A stretch of 64,000 bases of DNA from an uncultured Chloroflexia bacterium (GTDB lineage: Bacteria > Chloroflexota > Limnocylindria > Limnocylindrales > CSP1-4), in the NCBI GenBank assembly GCA_963768655.1, contig CAVYIM010000003.1, forward strand, positions 352,001 through 416,000. Reading direction: 5' to 3'. This document shows, piece after piece, positions 46,932 to 55,496 of this stretch. Position 1 is the first letter of the stretch. Every line of letters starts with the position of its first letter. Below the pieces are notes generated by a model, which had not been told where the DNA came from, did not search any database, and was given only the letters and a program-made list of their open reading frames with translations. Made by a program: the position numbers and the translations under genes.

Positions 46932-48347
46932 ATGCGAAGACTGGTCGTCGCCAGCGCGATACTGGCGACACTCCTCATCGCCCCGCTGGGCCCGGCGGCC
47001 GCGCGCCCCATCTCTGCGTCCCAACCGACCGATTCCGAACGGGCGGCGGAAGCGCTCGCGTACCTTTGGGAGGGCCAGTTCCCGGACGGTTCCGTGGACC
47101 ACTCCCTCGGCGAAACGGCCGACTTCGTGATCGGGACCGCCGCCGCGGGCTACGATCCGACCGCTCTCCTCGATTGCACGCAGGCCGCCACGGCGCTTGA
47201 CTACCTCGCGACCGCGTCCGACGCCGCGGCCGGCAACGCGGCGAAGACGGGCAAGACGATCCTGGCGGTCGTCGCGGCCGGCGGAGATCCGGCCAGCTTC
47301 GCCGGCCGCAACCTCGTGGCCCGGATCGGGGCGCTATACCACTCCGCCGACGGCATGTACGGCGACGGCTCCACGTTCAGTCAGTCGTTCGCGATCCTGG
47401 CGGTGGTGGCATCGGGCGGTTCGGTGCCGGCGAAGGCAATCGGCGAGCTCGAGGCTCTGCAGGACGGCGACGGCAGCTGGAGCTACGGCTCCGCGCCCGT
47501 TGCCGCGGGCGGCGGCGACACCAATTCGACGGCCATCGCGCTCATGGCGCTGGACACGGCGGGAGACCATTCGGCCGACGCCACGGCCCTTGCCTACCTC
47601 CACACACAGCAGCTCGCCGACGGCGGCTTTCCGTACCAGAAGCCGTCCGCGTACGGCACTCCAGCCAGCGATCCCGACTCCGACGCGATGGTTCTCCAGG
47701 CGCTCGTGGCTGCCGGACAGGACCCCGACGGCGCCGCCTGGTTGCAGGGCGGCAACTCAGTCCTGACACAGCTGCGGTCGACTCAGGCCGGCGACGGTGC
47801 GTTCGCCTACCCCGGCCAGGACGCCAACGCGTTCACGACGAGCCAGGTTCCGGCCGCTCTCTCGCGGGTTCCCTATGGCGGCGCGGTCCACTGGACGGCC
47901 GGCCGAATGCCGCCGCACCAATGCATCGACGGGGGCGAAACCGCCACTCCTCATGCGACGGCGACGCCGAAGCCGACCGTTCGACCGACGCCGAAGCCGA
48001 CCGTTCGACCGACGCCGAAGCCGACCGTTCGACCGACGCTGGCTCCGACGCCTGCTCCGACACCAAGCCCGATCGCACCGACCGACACGCCGGAGCCGAC
48101 GCCGGCGGCGACCGCCGCTCCCATCCCGACCGAGGAGCCCGCCCCGACCGAGGCGTCCGGCGCGACGGAAGAGGTCGAGGGCGCGACCTTCGTTGCGGCG
48201 GTCACTGGCGGCTCGACTCCCGGCCCGTCCGGCCCCTCGGACCAATCGGCTCCGCCGGTGCTCCTGTACGGCGTGGCCGCGCTGCTGGGGCTGATCGTCG
48301 TGCTCGGTGGTGGCTGGCTCTACATGACAAGGCCGTGGCAGCGCTGA
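46932..48347 (+). CDS. Surface-anchored alpha/alpha-barrel protein (prenyltransferase/squalene-cyclase QW-like repeats), candidate transcobalamin alpha-domain analog
   Basis: Signal peptide; repeats QFPDGSV, SADGMYG, LQDGDGSW, QQLADGGF, TQAGDGAF; DTNSTAIALMAL; Pro/Thr stalk; C-terminal TM. First gene after the riboswitch. Confidence 0.85.
   Translation: MRRLVVASAILATLLIAPLGPAAARPISASQPTDSERAAEALAYLWEGQFPDGSVDHSLGETADFVIGTAAAGYDPTALLDCTQAATALDYLATASDAAAGNAAKTGKTILAVVAAGGDPASFAGRNLVARIGALYHSADGMYGDGSTFSQSFAILAVVASGGSVPAKAIGELEALQDGDGSWSYGSAPVAAGGGDTNSTAIALMALDTAGDHSADATALAYLHTQQLADGGFPYQKPSAYGTPASDPDSDAMVLQALVAAGQDPDGAAWLQGGNSVLTQLRSTQAGDGAFAYPGQDANAFTTSQVPAALSRVPYGGAVHWTAGRMPPHQCIDGGETATPHATATPKPTVRPTPKPTVRPTPKPTVRPTLAPTPAPTPSPIAPTDTPEPTPAATAAPIPTEEPAPTEASGATEEVEGATFVAAVTGGSTPGPSGPSDQSAPPVLLYGVAALLGLIVVLGGGWLYMTRPWQR
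47963..48034 (+). repeat. Perfect 24-bp tandem repeat x3 encoding TPKPTVRP
   Basis: GACGCCGAAGCCGACCGTTCGACC repeated three times in the stalk-coding region. Confidence 0.95.
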
Positions 48348-49117
48348 TGCGTCGTCTCTCCCTGGTGCTGCCCGTCGCGATCCTGGCGGCGCTCGCTTGG
48401 CTCGCGCCCGTGGCACCGGTCGTGCCGACCTGCGCCGCCGCGGGCCCGGATCGTGCGGCGCTGGTCGTGGAGCACGGCGACGGCTCCGTCGTGACCCGCT
48501 GCGTCGCCTTCGACGCGGGCTCCATCTCGGGCGAGGAACTCCTGAACCGGTCAGGCGTGGCGTGGTCGAGCCGGACGTTCGGTGGCTTCGGCGACGCCGT
48601 GTGCGCCCTCGACGGAGAGCCGGCTCGCTACGTCGACTGCCCCGGCAAGGACAGCTACTGGGCCGTCTTCGTGGCTCGCGGCGGAGGATCGTGGCAGCTC
48701 GCGGACGTGGGAATCTCGACCCTCCAGCTTCACGACGGCGACGCCGAGGGCTTCCGCTACGTGCCCGCTTCCGGGGTTCCGGCGGCGCCGGTCTCGGCCG
48801 GCGGAGTATGCGCGGCCGTGGCGACGCCGACCGCTCGCCGATCCGTGGCGACCGTCGCCTCGACACCGCCCGCGGCCGTGGCGACACCGGCCGCGGTGGC
48901 GACGCCCGCGGCCGCTTCCACAGAGACCCCGCCCGCCCCGGCATCTACCCTCGCGGCCGCCACCACGGCGACTGCCACTACGTCGCCGCCGCAGGCCCCG
49001 GCTCCGACTCCGTCCGGCGGCGCCGACCTGGGCCTGTTCGCGAGTGCCCTCGCCGGCGGGGGGCTGTCCGGACTGGCGATCCTCAGGCTCGTCGCCGGTC
49101 GGCGTACGGGTCCGTGA
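48347..49117 (+). CDS. Surface-anchored protein with transcobalamin C-terminal-like (DUF4430/SCO2322-like) domain
   Basis: Signal peptide; GEELL, VCALDG, SYWAVF...WQLADVGISTLQLHDGDAEGFRY; Ala/Thr/Pro stalk; C-terminal TM; TGATG-coupled. Confidence 0.8.
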   Translation: MRRLSLVLPVAILAALAWLAPVAPVVPTCAAAGPDRAALVVEHGDGSVVTRCVAFDAGSISGEELLNRSGVAWSSRTFGGFGDAVCALDGEPARYVDCPGKDSYWAVFVARGGGSWQLADVGISTLQLHDGDAEGFRYVPASGVPAAPVSAGGVCAAVATPTARRSVATVASTPPAAVATPAAVATPAAASTETPPAPASTLAAATTATATTSPPQAPAPTPSGGADLGLFASALAGGGLSGLAILRLVAGRRTGP

Positions 49118-50016
49118 CCGGCGGCCCCGGCTCGGGCGCCGTCGTGGTCCCCGCGCCCGCGCCCGGCGCAGGCCTCGCGCCGCGCGCCTGGCTCGTCTGG
49201 TCGATCGCGGCCGTGACGGTCGCCCTCGTCACCGACAACCCGGTCTACCGCGGGCTGGTCGCCCTCGTCGCGCTCGACGTCGTGCTGGCGTGGCTGCCAC
49301 CGGGGCGGCGGCTGAGGCCGCTCGCGCTGGCCGTGGCGCTCGTCGCGGCGCTGGCGGCGCTCATCAACATCCTCGCCAGCCACACCGGCGCAGATGTCTT
49401 CGCGCGCCTGCCCGACGGCTTGCCCCTGGCCGGCGGTCCGCTGACACTCGAATCGCTGGCGTTCGGCGGCGCGATCGGGCTCGGCCTGGTGGCCGCGCTT
49501 CTCTCGGTGGCGCCACTGTCGCTGGTCCTCGAGCCTCATGACGTCGTCGAGGCGATGCCCGCAGCGTTGGAGCGGACCGGGATCGCCGTGGCGACATCGC
49601 TGAACCTGGTCTCGGGTTTCGGGCGGACCTTCACCGAGGTTCGCGATGCCCAGCGGATGCGAGGCTGGAAACCGGGCGGGCTGCGATCCTGGAACGAGGT
49701 CCTCGTCCCGGTGGTCCTGACCGCGATCGAAGACTCGGTCCTCCTGGCCGAGTCGATGGAGGCCCGGGCGTTCGGGGCCGGGCGGCGGACGAGCTACGCC
49801 AGCGCGAGCTTCGGTGTGCGGGAGGCAGTCGTCATCGCCGCGGCCCTGGCGGCCGTGGCCGTGTTTGTCGGCCTGAGAGTCGCCGGAGCGCCGATGGACT
49901 GGTACCCGTATCCAACGCTTTCGCTGCCGCCAGTCCACCCGCTTGCGGTCGCAGGTTGCCTCGCCCTGGCGCTGCCGGCGTTTCGACTGCCGGCGCTTCG
50001 GAGCCGGCCGAGATGA
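49114..50016 (+). CDS. ECF transporter T component
   Basis: TM helices, GGPLTLESL, VRDAQRMRG, LAESMEARAFG; GTGA-coupled. Confidence 0.92.
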   Translation: MTGGPGSGAVVVPAPAPGAGLAPRAWLVWSIAAVTVALVTDNPVYRGLVALVALDVVLAWLPPGRRLRPLALAVALVAALAALINILASHTGADVFARLPDGLPLAGGPLTLESLAFGGAIGLGLVAALLSVAPLSLVLEPHDVVEAMPAALERTGIAVATSLNLVSGFGRTFTEVRDAQRMRGWKPGGLRSWNEVLVPVVLTAIEDSVLLAESMEARAFGAGRRTSYASASFGVREAVVIAAALAAVAVFVGLRVAGAPMDWYPYPTLSLPPVHPLAVAGCLALALPAFRLPALRSRPR

Positions 50017-51491
50017 CGGCCTCGATCGGGCGCGCGACCGCCGGCACATTCCCGCCCACCGCGCGCGCCACTCGTTGCTCCGTCGCCCGCCTGGATCGAG
50101 TCTCCTACTGGTACCCGAAACAGGACGAGGCATCGCTGCGCGCGGTCGACCTGGCGATCGAACCCGGCCTGACGCTGGTAACCGGCGATTCCGGCGGTGG
50201 CAAGTCGACACTGCTGCGGCTCTTCAACGGCCTTGTGCCGCAGTTCCACGGCGGGCGGGTGTCGGGCCGGGCGGAGATCGGAGGCCTCGACCCGATGCGG
50301 TCGCCGATCCCGCTGCTCGCTCAGCGCGCCGGGCTCGTGTTCCAGGACGTGGAGACGCAGTCGGTGTACGGGTCGGTCGAGCGGGAGATCGCCTTCGGCC
50401 TGGAGAACCTGGGCGTGGCCCGCGCCGAGATGCATGAGCGGGTCGACGGAACGATGGCGGCGATGGGGATCGAGGCACTGCGCGGGCGGCGGCTCTCGAC
50501 CCTCTCCGGCGGGGAACGGCAACGCGTGGCGCTGGCCGCGGTGCTGGTGCTTCGGCCGTTGCTCGTGGCGCTGGACGAGCCCACTTCCCAGCTCGATGCC
50601 GCCGGCGCGGCCGCGGTGCTGGTGGCATGTCGCGATCTCGCGGCGGAGGGTCGAGCCGTGGTGCTCGCGGAGCATCGGCTGGGGGTCGTGGGGCCGGCCG
50701 CGGACCGAACTCTGACCGTGGCGGGCGGCCGGGTAGAGGCCGAGATCGGTGGGCGAGCCGCACGTCCGCCGGCCACGTACGACCACCTGGCCCGCGCTGA
50801 GGCCGTTGAACCGGCGTGGGAGCTGCGCGGCGTGGCCGCGGACCCGGCCGGCCGGGCCGCCCTCGGCCGCGAGCCGGTCCTCCACGACGTCTCTCTGGCG
50901 GGCGGCCGCGGCGAGGTCGTGGCGCTGATCGGCCCGAACGGATCCGGCAAGACGACGCTGCTGCGGACGCTGGCGGGGTTGCTCGCCCCGCTGGCGGGCA
51001 CGGTCGGGAGACCCGCGGGCCGGACGGCATATCTGCCGCAGAATCCCGGCGCATTGCTGCATCTGCCGACGGTCCGGGCGGAAGTGGCCCTGACCCTGCG
51101 CCGCACGCGGAGCACCGAGGCCCCGGAGACGATGCTCGCCGCCTTCGGGCTCGAGCGTCTGGCCGATCGCTACCCGCGCGACCTAAGCTCCGGGGAGCGG
51201 CAGCGGGCTGCGCTGGCCGCGACCCTGGCCGGCTCGCCGACCCTCGTCCTGCTCGACGAGCCGACGCGGGGCATGGACGCGGCCGCTCGCCGCTCGCTCA
51301 CCGCCGCCGTTCGGGAGCTGACCGCCCGAGGCTCGGCCGTGGTCCTGGCCACGCACGATGCGGAACTCGCGGCCCAGCTCGCGGATCGGACGATCGAGCT
51401 GCGCGGCGGCCTTGCCACGGAACTGACTGCGGCGCCGTTCGGCGGCGACGTCGCCGCCAGGACGGCCGATGCGCCCGGGTCGTCCCGATGA
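50013..51491 (+). CDS. ECF transporter ATPase, fused double ABC domain
   Basis: GDSGGGKST, LSGGERQR, LDEPTSQLD and GPNGSGKTT, LSSGERQR, LLDEPTRGMD. Confidence 0.93.
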   Translation: MTASIGRATAGTFPPTARATRCSVARLDRVSYWYPKQDEASLRAVDLAIEPGLTLVTGDSGGGKSTLLRLFNGLVPQFHGGRVSGRAEIGGLDPMRSPIPLLAQRAGLVFQDVETQSVYGSVEREIAFGLENLGVARAEMHERVDGTMAAMGIEALRGRRLSTLSGGERQRVALAAVLVLRPLLVALDEPTSQLDAAGAAAVLVACRDLAAEGRAVVLAEHRLGVVGPAADRTLTVAGGRVEAEIGGRAARPPATYDHLARAEAVEPAWELRGVAADPAGRAALGREPVLHDVSLAGGRGEVVALIGPNGSGKTTLLRTLAGLLAPLAGTVGRPAGRTAYLPQNPGALLHLPTVRAEVALTLRRTRSTEAPETMLAAFGLERLADRYPRDLSSGERQRAALAATLAGSPTLVLLDEPTRGMDAAARRSLTAAVRELTARGSAVVLATHDAELAAQLADRTIELRGGLATELTAAPFGGDVAARTADAPGSSR

Positions 51492-52297
51492 GCATTGCCT
51501 TCGTCTCGTTGGCCGGCATCGTCCTTTTCGTCTGGCCGTTCCTCGGCCTCGGCCTGCCGCCGGAGGTGCCCGCCCTGGCCGTGACGCTCGGCGCCGTGGC
51601 ATCGCTCGTGCTGATGGAGGCCGGCGCCCGCCGCCTCGATTCCGGACGGCTGGCGCTTCTCGCGGCCCTGGCCGCGATCGACGCTGCGCTCCGTCTGGCC
51701 CTGGTCAACGGCGTCGGCGGCTTCAGCCCGATCTTCTTCCTGGTCCTCTGCGCCGGCTACGAGTTCGGGGCCTCGTACGGTTTCCTGGTCGGCGCATTCT
51801 CGCTGCTCGTCTCGGCGCTCGTCACGGGTGGCATCGGACCGTGGCTGCCGTATGAGACCTTCGCCGTCGGCTGGGTCGGAGCTTCGTCGGGCCTCGCCGG
51901 TTCGGTCGTACGTCAACTCCGGGCGGGCCGCCGCTCGTGGCTGCCGGGCCGGCTCGATCTCGGCGTCCTGGTCGGCGTCGCCGTCGTGACCGGCTTCGCC
52001 TACGGCGCCCTGACCGACATCTGGGGCTGGGTCGCCTTCTACCGCGGCGTCGAGAACATCGGCTGGACGCCCGGTCTATCGGCCGCCGCGACGCTGGCCC
52101 AGTTCGTCCGCTACTACGTGGTGACTTCGCTGACGTGGGACGCGTTCCGTGCGATCGGCGACGCGCTGGCCGTGGTAGCCCTGGGCAGGCCGGTGCTCAT
52201 GGCCCTGGGCCGGCTTCGAGCCCGGCTCGGCTACGAGATCGTGGACGGCCCTCCGACCCCCGGACAGCCGGCGGACCGCAGCCGGATAGCCGCCTGA
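51488..52297 (+). CDS. ECF S component (CbrT-like, predicted cobalamin specificity)
   Basis: ALLAALAA, GFSPIFFLV, GGIGPWLPYE, YGALTD, TSLTWDAFRAIGD; lies in the B12-riboswitch operon. Confidence 0.88.
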   Translation: MSIAFVSLAGIVLFVWPFLGLGLPPEVPALAVTLGAVASLVLMEAGARRLDSGRLALLAALAAIDAALRLALVNGVGGFSPIFFLVLCAGYEFGASYGFLVGAFSLLVSALVTGGIGPWLPYETFAVGWVGASSGLAGSVVRQLRAGRRSWLPGRLDLGVLVGVAVVTGFAYGALTDIWGWVAFYRGVENIGWTPGLSAAATLAQFVRYYVVTSLTWDAFRAIGDALAVVALGRPVLMALGRLRARLGYEIVDGPPTPGQPADRSRIAA

Positions 52298-52309
52298 CCG
52301 CGGTCGGGC

Positions 52310-54133
52310 CTACCGCCCGGGGATCGCCAGCCTCCGAATCTGGCCGACTTTGCCGGGCAGGCCTCCTGGTGCCGTAACCAGGAGGCGCGATTGCTCCACG
52401 AGCTGCCCCTGGTTGAGCGGCGCGAAGCCGATGTCATCGAGCGCGCCGTTGCAGATGGTGACGAGCCAGATCGAGCCGCCAGGTCGAAGGCCCGGGAGGG
52501 CCCGCGTCCAGCCGACCTGGCTGATCAGTGCCGGGCTTACCACGCTCTGCGGCGAGATCAGGTACGTTCCGTCATAGAACGCTTGCTGCGGGCTGTGCCA
52601 GTCGTACAGGTAGATGCCGAAGGCCCGCTCGCCGCCCGCCCGATCGAAGTAGTAGTCGATCGGGAAGTAGGTTCGCGCATCGGCGGTGAGCACTACGTCT
52701 CCCGGCCGCGCTACAGCGATCAGCTGAGCCACCGTCTCCTGGGCGGGATCGAGGTCGCTGCTGACGCTCCGGCTCTGCACGAAGCCAATCGCTCCTGAGG
52801 ACATCGTGGCCACCAGGACGACCAACAGGACCGCGGGCACGATCCGGCTGCGCAGCCACCCGGCGAGCGCCGGCAGCCCGGCCGCGATGAGCAGACACAG
52901 TGGCGGCGCGACCGCACCCATGTAGCGCGCGTCATATATGGGCCGCAGCTGCGAGTACAGCCAGACCACCGGGACGAGCCCGAGAGCGAAGATCAGGGCG
53001 ATCCCGAACCAGCGCAGCCGCCGACGGCACAAAGTGTCGGCGCTTCCATCGGAACCGGAGCTCGTCGCCCCTTCGTTCGGCGCGGAGTCGTCCGGGAGCG
53101 GAACCGGCTCGCGGCGATTCCGGCGGCGAAGGCCGAGCAGGCCGAGGGCACCGACGACCGCGAGCAGCACCACGACGAACTGAGCCGGCAGCATGAGGTC
53201 CCATCGCCCCGTCAGGCTGACGGCGCGGTCGTATGTCTGAACGATCGCGTCCAGGTGAGGCTGCCCGGTCCAGAACGGCTGGCCGTTGTTCGCCACGGCG
53301 AGCAACGCCGGCAGCCATGGCAGGAAGGTGGCTGCTCCGACCGCAATGGCCGCAACGGCAAGTGCCGGCCCCCGCGGCATCCCAGCGGCCCATCTTGCCA
53401 CTTCGGCAATCGGGTCCGGTCTTGCGGAACCGCGGGCGGTTGCGCTCCGCCCACGCGTCGCCCCGGCGGCTGCCGTCGCGCCCACGCAGGCGAAGCCCAT
53501 CTGGAGGCCCGCGCTCGGGATCCCGAGCGCGAGCGTCCACAGCTCCCCGGCAACCGCGATCGCGAGCGCTATCGCTGTGAGGACCGTGCCGCGCCGGACG
53601 GCGCGCCCACTCTCGCCGAGGGCCACCAGGCGCCAGGTCAGCCACCAGCTCGTCGTCGCGAACGCGGTCTCGATGGCGTACATGCGGGCATCTCTGGCAT
53701 CGTCGATGAGCAGTACGGATAACGCGGCCAGGGCGAGCGCGACGCCGGCGAGGGTCCTGCCCATGGCGTCGCGCGCCCAGATCCAAACGACCGCAAGGGT
53801 CGCCAGCCCGGCCAGCACGGAAAGCGTCCGCAGCGCAGCCTCGCCATCGCCAAAGAGGGCGATCCAGCCACTGAGCACGATCGGGTAGAGAGGCGGGTAA
53901 GCCTCGAATTGAGCATGGTCCAGCAACGTCGAGAGTGGGTAGCTGGACAGGAGCCACGACGCGGCTTCGTCGCGGAAGAGCTGCCGATCGCCAAGGCTGG
54001 TGCAGCGGAGGACGGCCGCAACCGCCAGCAGCACGACCGGCATCGCCGCCGCAGCGAGATTGACGGCCCGCGAACCTTCGAGCGCCCGTTCGACCTGCGC
54101 GGGCCGCCACCTGGCGGTCCCCTCGGATCTCAT
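52310..54133 (-). CDS. GT-C polyprenol-phosphate-sugar glycosyltransferase (GT39/ArnT-like)
   Basis: LFRDEAAS, YPPLYP..L..W..LFG..EAALR.LS, DARMY, multiple TMs. Confidence 0.85.
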   Translation of the reverse strand: MRSEGTARWRPAQVERALEGSRAVNLAAAAMPVVLLAVAAVLRCTSLGDRQLFRDEAASWLLSSYPLSTLLDHAQFEAYPPLYPIVLSGWIALFGDGEAALRTLSVLAGLATLAVVWIWARDAMGRTLAGVALALAALSVLLIDDARDARMYAIETAFATTSWWLTWRLVALGESGRAVRRGTVLTAIALAIAVAGELWTLALGIPSAGLQMGFACVGATAAAGATRGRSATARGSARPDPIAEVARWAAGMPRGPALAVAAIAVGAATFLPWLPALLAVANNGQPFWTGQPHLDAIVQTYDRAVSLTGRWDLMLPAQFVVVLLAVVGALGLLGLRRRNRREPVPLPDDSAPNEGATSSGSDGSADTLCRRRLRWFGIALIFALGLVPVVWLYSQLRPIYDARYMGAVAPPLCLLIAAGLPALAGWLRSRIVPAVLLVVLVATMSSGAIGFVQSRSVSSDLDPAQETVAQLIAVARPGDVVLTADARTYFPIDYYFDRAGGERAFGIYLYDWHSPQQAFYDGTYLISPQSVVSPALISQVGWTRALPGLRPGGSIWLVTICNGALDDIGFAPLNQGQLVEQSRLLVTAPGGLPGKVGQIRRLAIPGR

Positions 54134-54144
54134 ACCCCGCGAGC

Positions 54145-55434
54145 CTAGCACGGCAGCTGGAGCCGTCGCACGAAGAGCAGCCACAACGCCAGCAGGCCGT
54201 AGAGCGACGACGACCAGATCAGGTTCACGCACGGAGCGAGTGGGCCGGAGATGGCGGGCTCGATCGCCCACACCCCGACCCACAGGACCGCCGTCGCGAA
54301 CCATGCGCCCAGAAGGCCCCGGTCCAGCCTGCCAAGTCGATCCAGGCGAAGGTCCGGTGCGTCTACCGCGACGAGCAGGCCGACAGCAACGAGGCAGAAG
54401 GCCTCGTTCCAGAAGCTGTCCTTCGGCGCCGCCACCACGCCGGCCACCAGGGCCAGGCCGAGTCCGAGAGCGGCTCCTCGTCGCGAGGCCAGTACGCTGC
54501 GCGATCGCCACAGGACCAGCAGCGTGAGCAGCGCGAACGCGGCCGTGAGGGCGATCATCACCGGCCCCGGATCGAAGGCGTTGCCGAACAGCGGCAGGGT
54601 GCGGCCGGTCGGCTGGACGAGCCTGGTGACGAACCCGTTGATCGACTGGTTCGTGTAGTAGGAATCCGGATCGAAGAGCGAGGCCAGGCTATTGCTGCCG
54701 GCGGCCCCCCATGGCGCCACATAGACGGCGACGAGCAGCGCCGCAAGTGCGCCGACGACCACGCCGGCGGCCGCCCCGGTCCGGCGGCCGAGCGCCAGTG
54801 GCAGGATAAGGACCCCGGGCACGAGCTTGACGATCGCTGCCAGGCCGATCGTCAGGCCGCCCGCAAAGCGGCGAAGGGGTCGCGTCTCCTCGAGCATGCA
54901 CGCTGTCCCAAGAGCGAGGAGAGGAATGAGAATCAGGTTGGCCTGGCCATTCACGACGGTTCCGTAGACCGGCGGATAGAGACCCGCTCCTACGGCCAGG
55001 GCAAGGCGCCGTCGGGCGAGCTCAGGCGATCGACCGTGGGCCCAGAGGACCCAGACTGCGACCGTCAGGCCGAACGCCACGAGAGAGAGCGAGTTGAACG
55101 CGAGGAGCGCCGCGCCGAACGGAAGCGCCGCGAAAGGCACCATCACAAGGGCGAACGGAAGCGGGTAGGAGTATCCACCACCGACCTGCAGGCTGACGTG
55201 CTCCTGGGCTGCCAGCTCGCGAAGTGCGTCGACGTCGTACGGCGAGCGGCCCTCCAGAGTCAGACGGCCAGCCAGCCAGTAGTCGTGGAAGTCGTTCGAG
55301 CCGAGGCGCAGCACCAGCCCCCAGAAAGCCCACCCGAGAAGCGGCACGGCGATCGCGGCCAGGGCGAGCAGCACACCCTCCGAGCGTCCGGCTCGCCCGG
55401 AGGCTCCGGAATGCTCGTCCCCCGATCCAGACAC
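54145..55434 (-). CDS. GT87-family (DUF2029) glycosyltransferase
   Basis: NDFHDYWLAG...G.SPY, YSYPLPFAL, NGQANLIL, LAAIVKLVP, NQSING. Confidence 0.87.
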   Translation of the reverse strand: MSGSGDEHSGASGRAGRSEGVLLALAAIAVPLLGWAFWGLVLRLGSNDFHDYWLAGRLTLEGRSPYDVDALRELAAQEHVSLQVGGGYSYPLPFALVMVPFAALPFGAALLAFNSLSLVAFGLTVAVWVLWAHGRSPELARRRLALAVGAGLYPPVYGTVVNGQANLILIPLLALGTACMLEETRPLRRFAGGLTIGLAAIVKLVPGVLILPLALGRRTGAAAGVVVGALAALLVAVYVAPWGAAGSNSLASLFDPDSYYTNQSINGFVTRLVQPTGRTLPLFGNAFDPGPVMIALTAAFALLTLLVLWRSRSVLASRRGAALGLGLALVAGVVAAPKDSFWNEAFCLVAVGLLVAVDAPDLRLDRLGRLDRGLLGAWFATAVLWVGVWAIEPAISGPLAPCVNLIWSSSLYGLLALWLLFVRRLQLPC

Positions 55435-55496
55435 ACAAATCTCCCCAGCGTGCGAATGCGGCGGCCGCGACGGCCAGTCGGGCGTGTCGAAGGCTA

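Noticed and set aside
47963-48034. 24-bp direct repeats as a possible CRISPR array
   Set aside because: No spacers, in-frame coding for a Pro/Thr stalk, and no cas genes.
46932-48347. Squalene-hopene cyclase or terpene biosynthesis gene
   Set aside because: Exported, single barrel, no DXDD motif, and under B12-riboswitch control with an ECF transporter.
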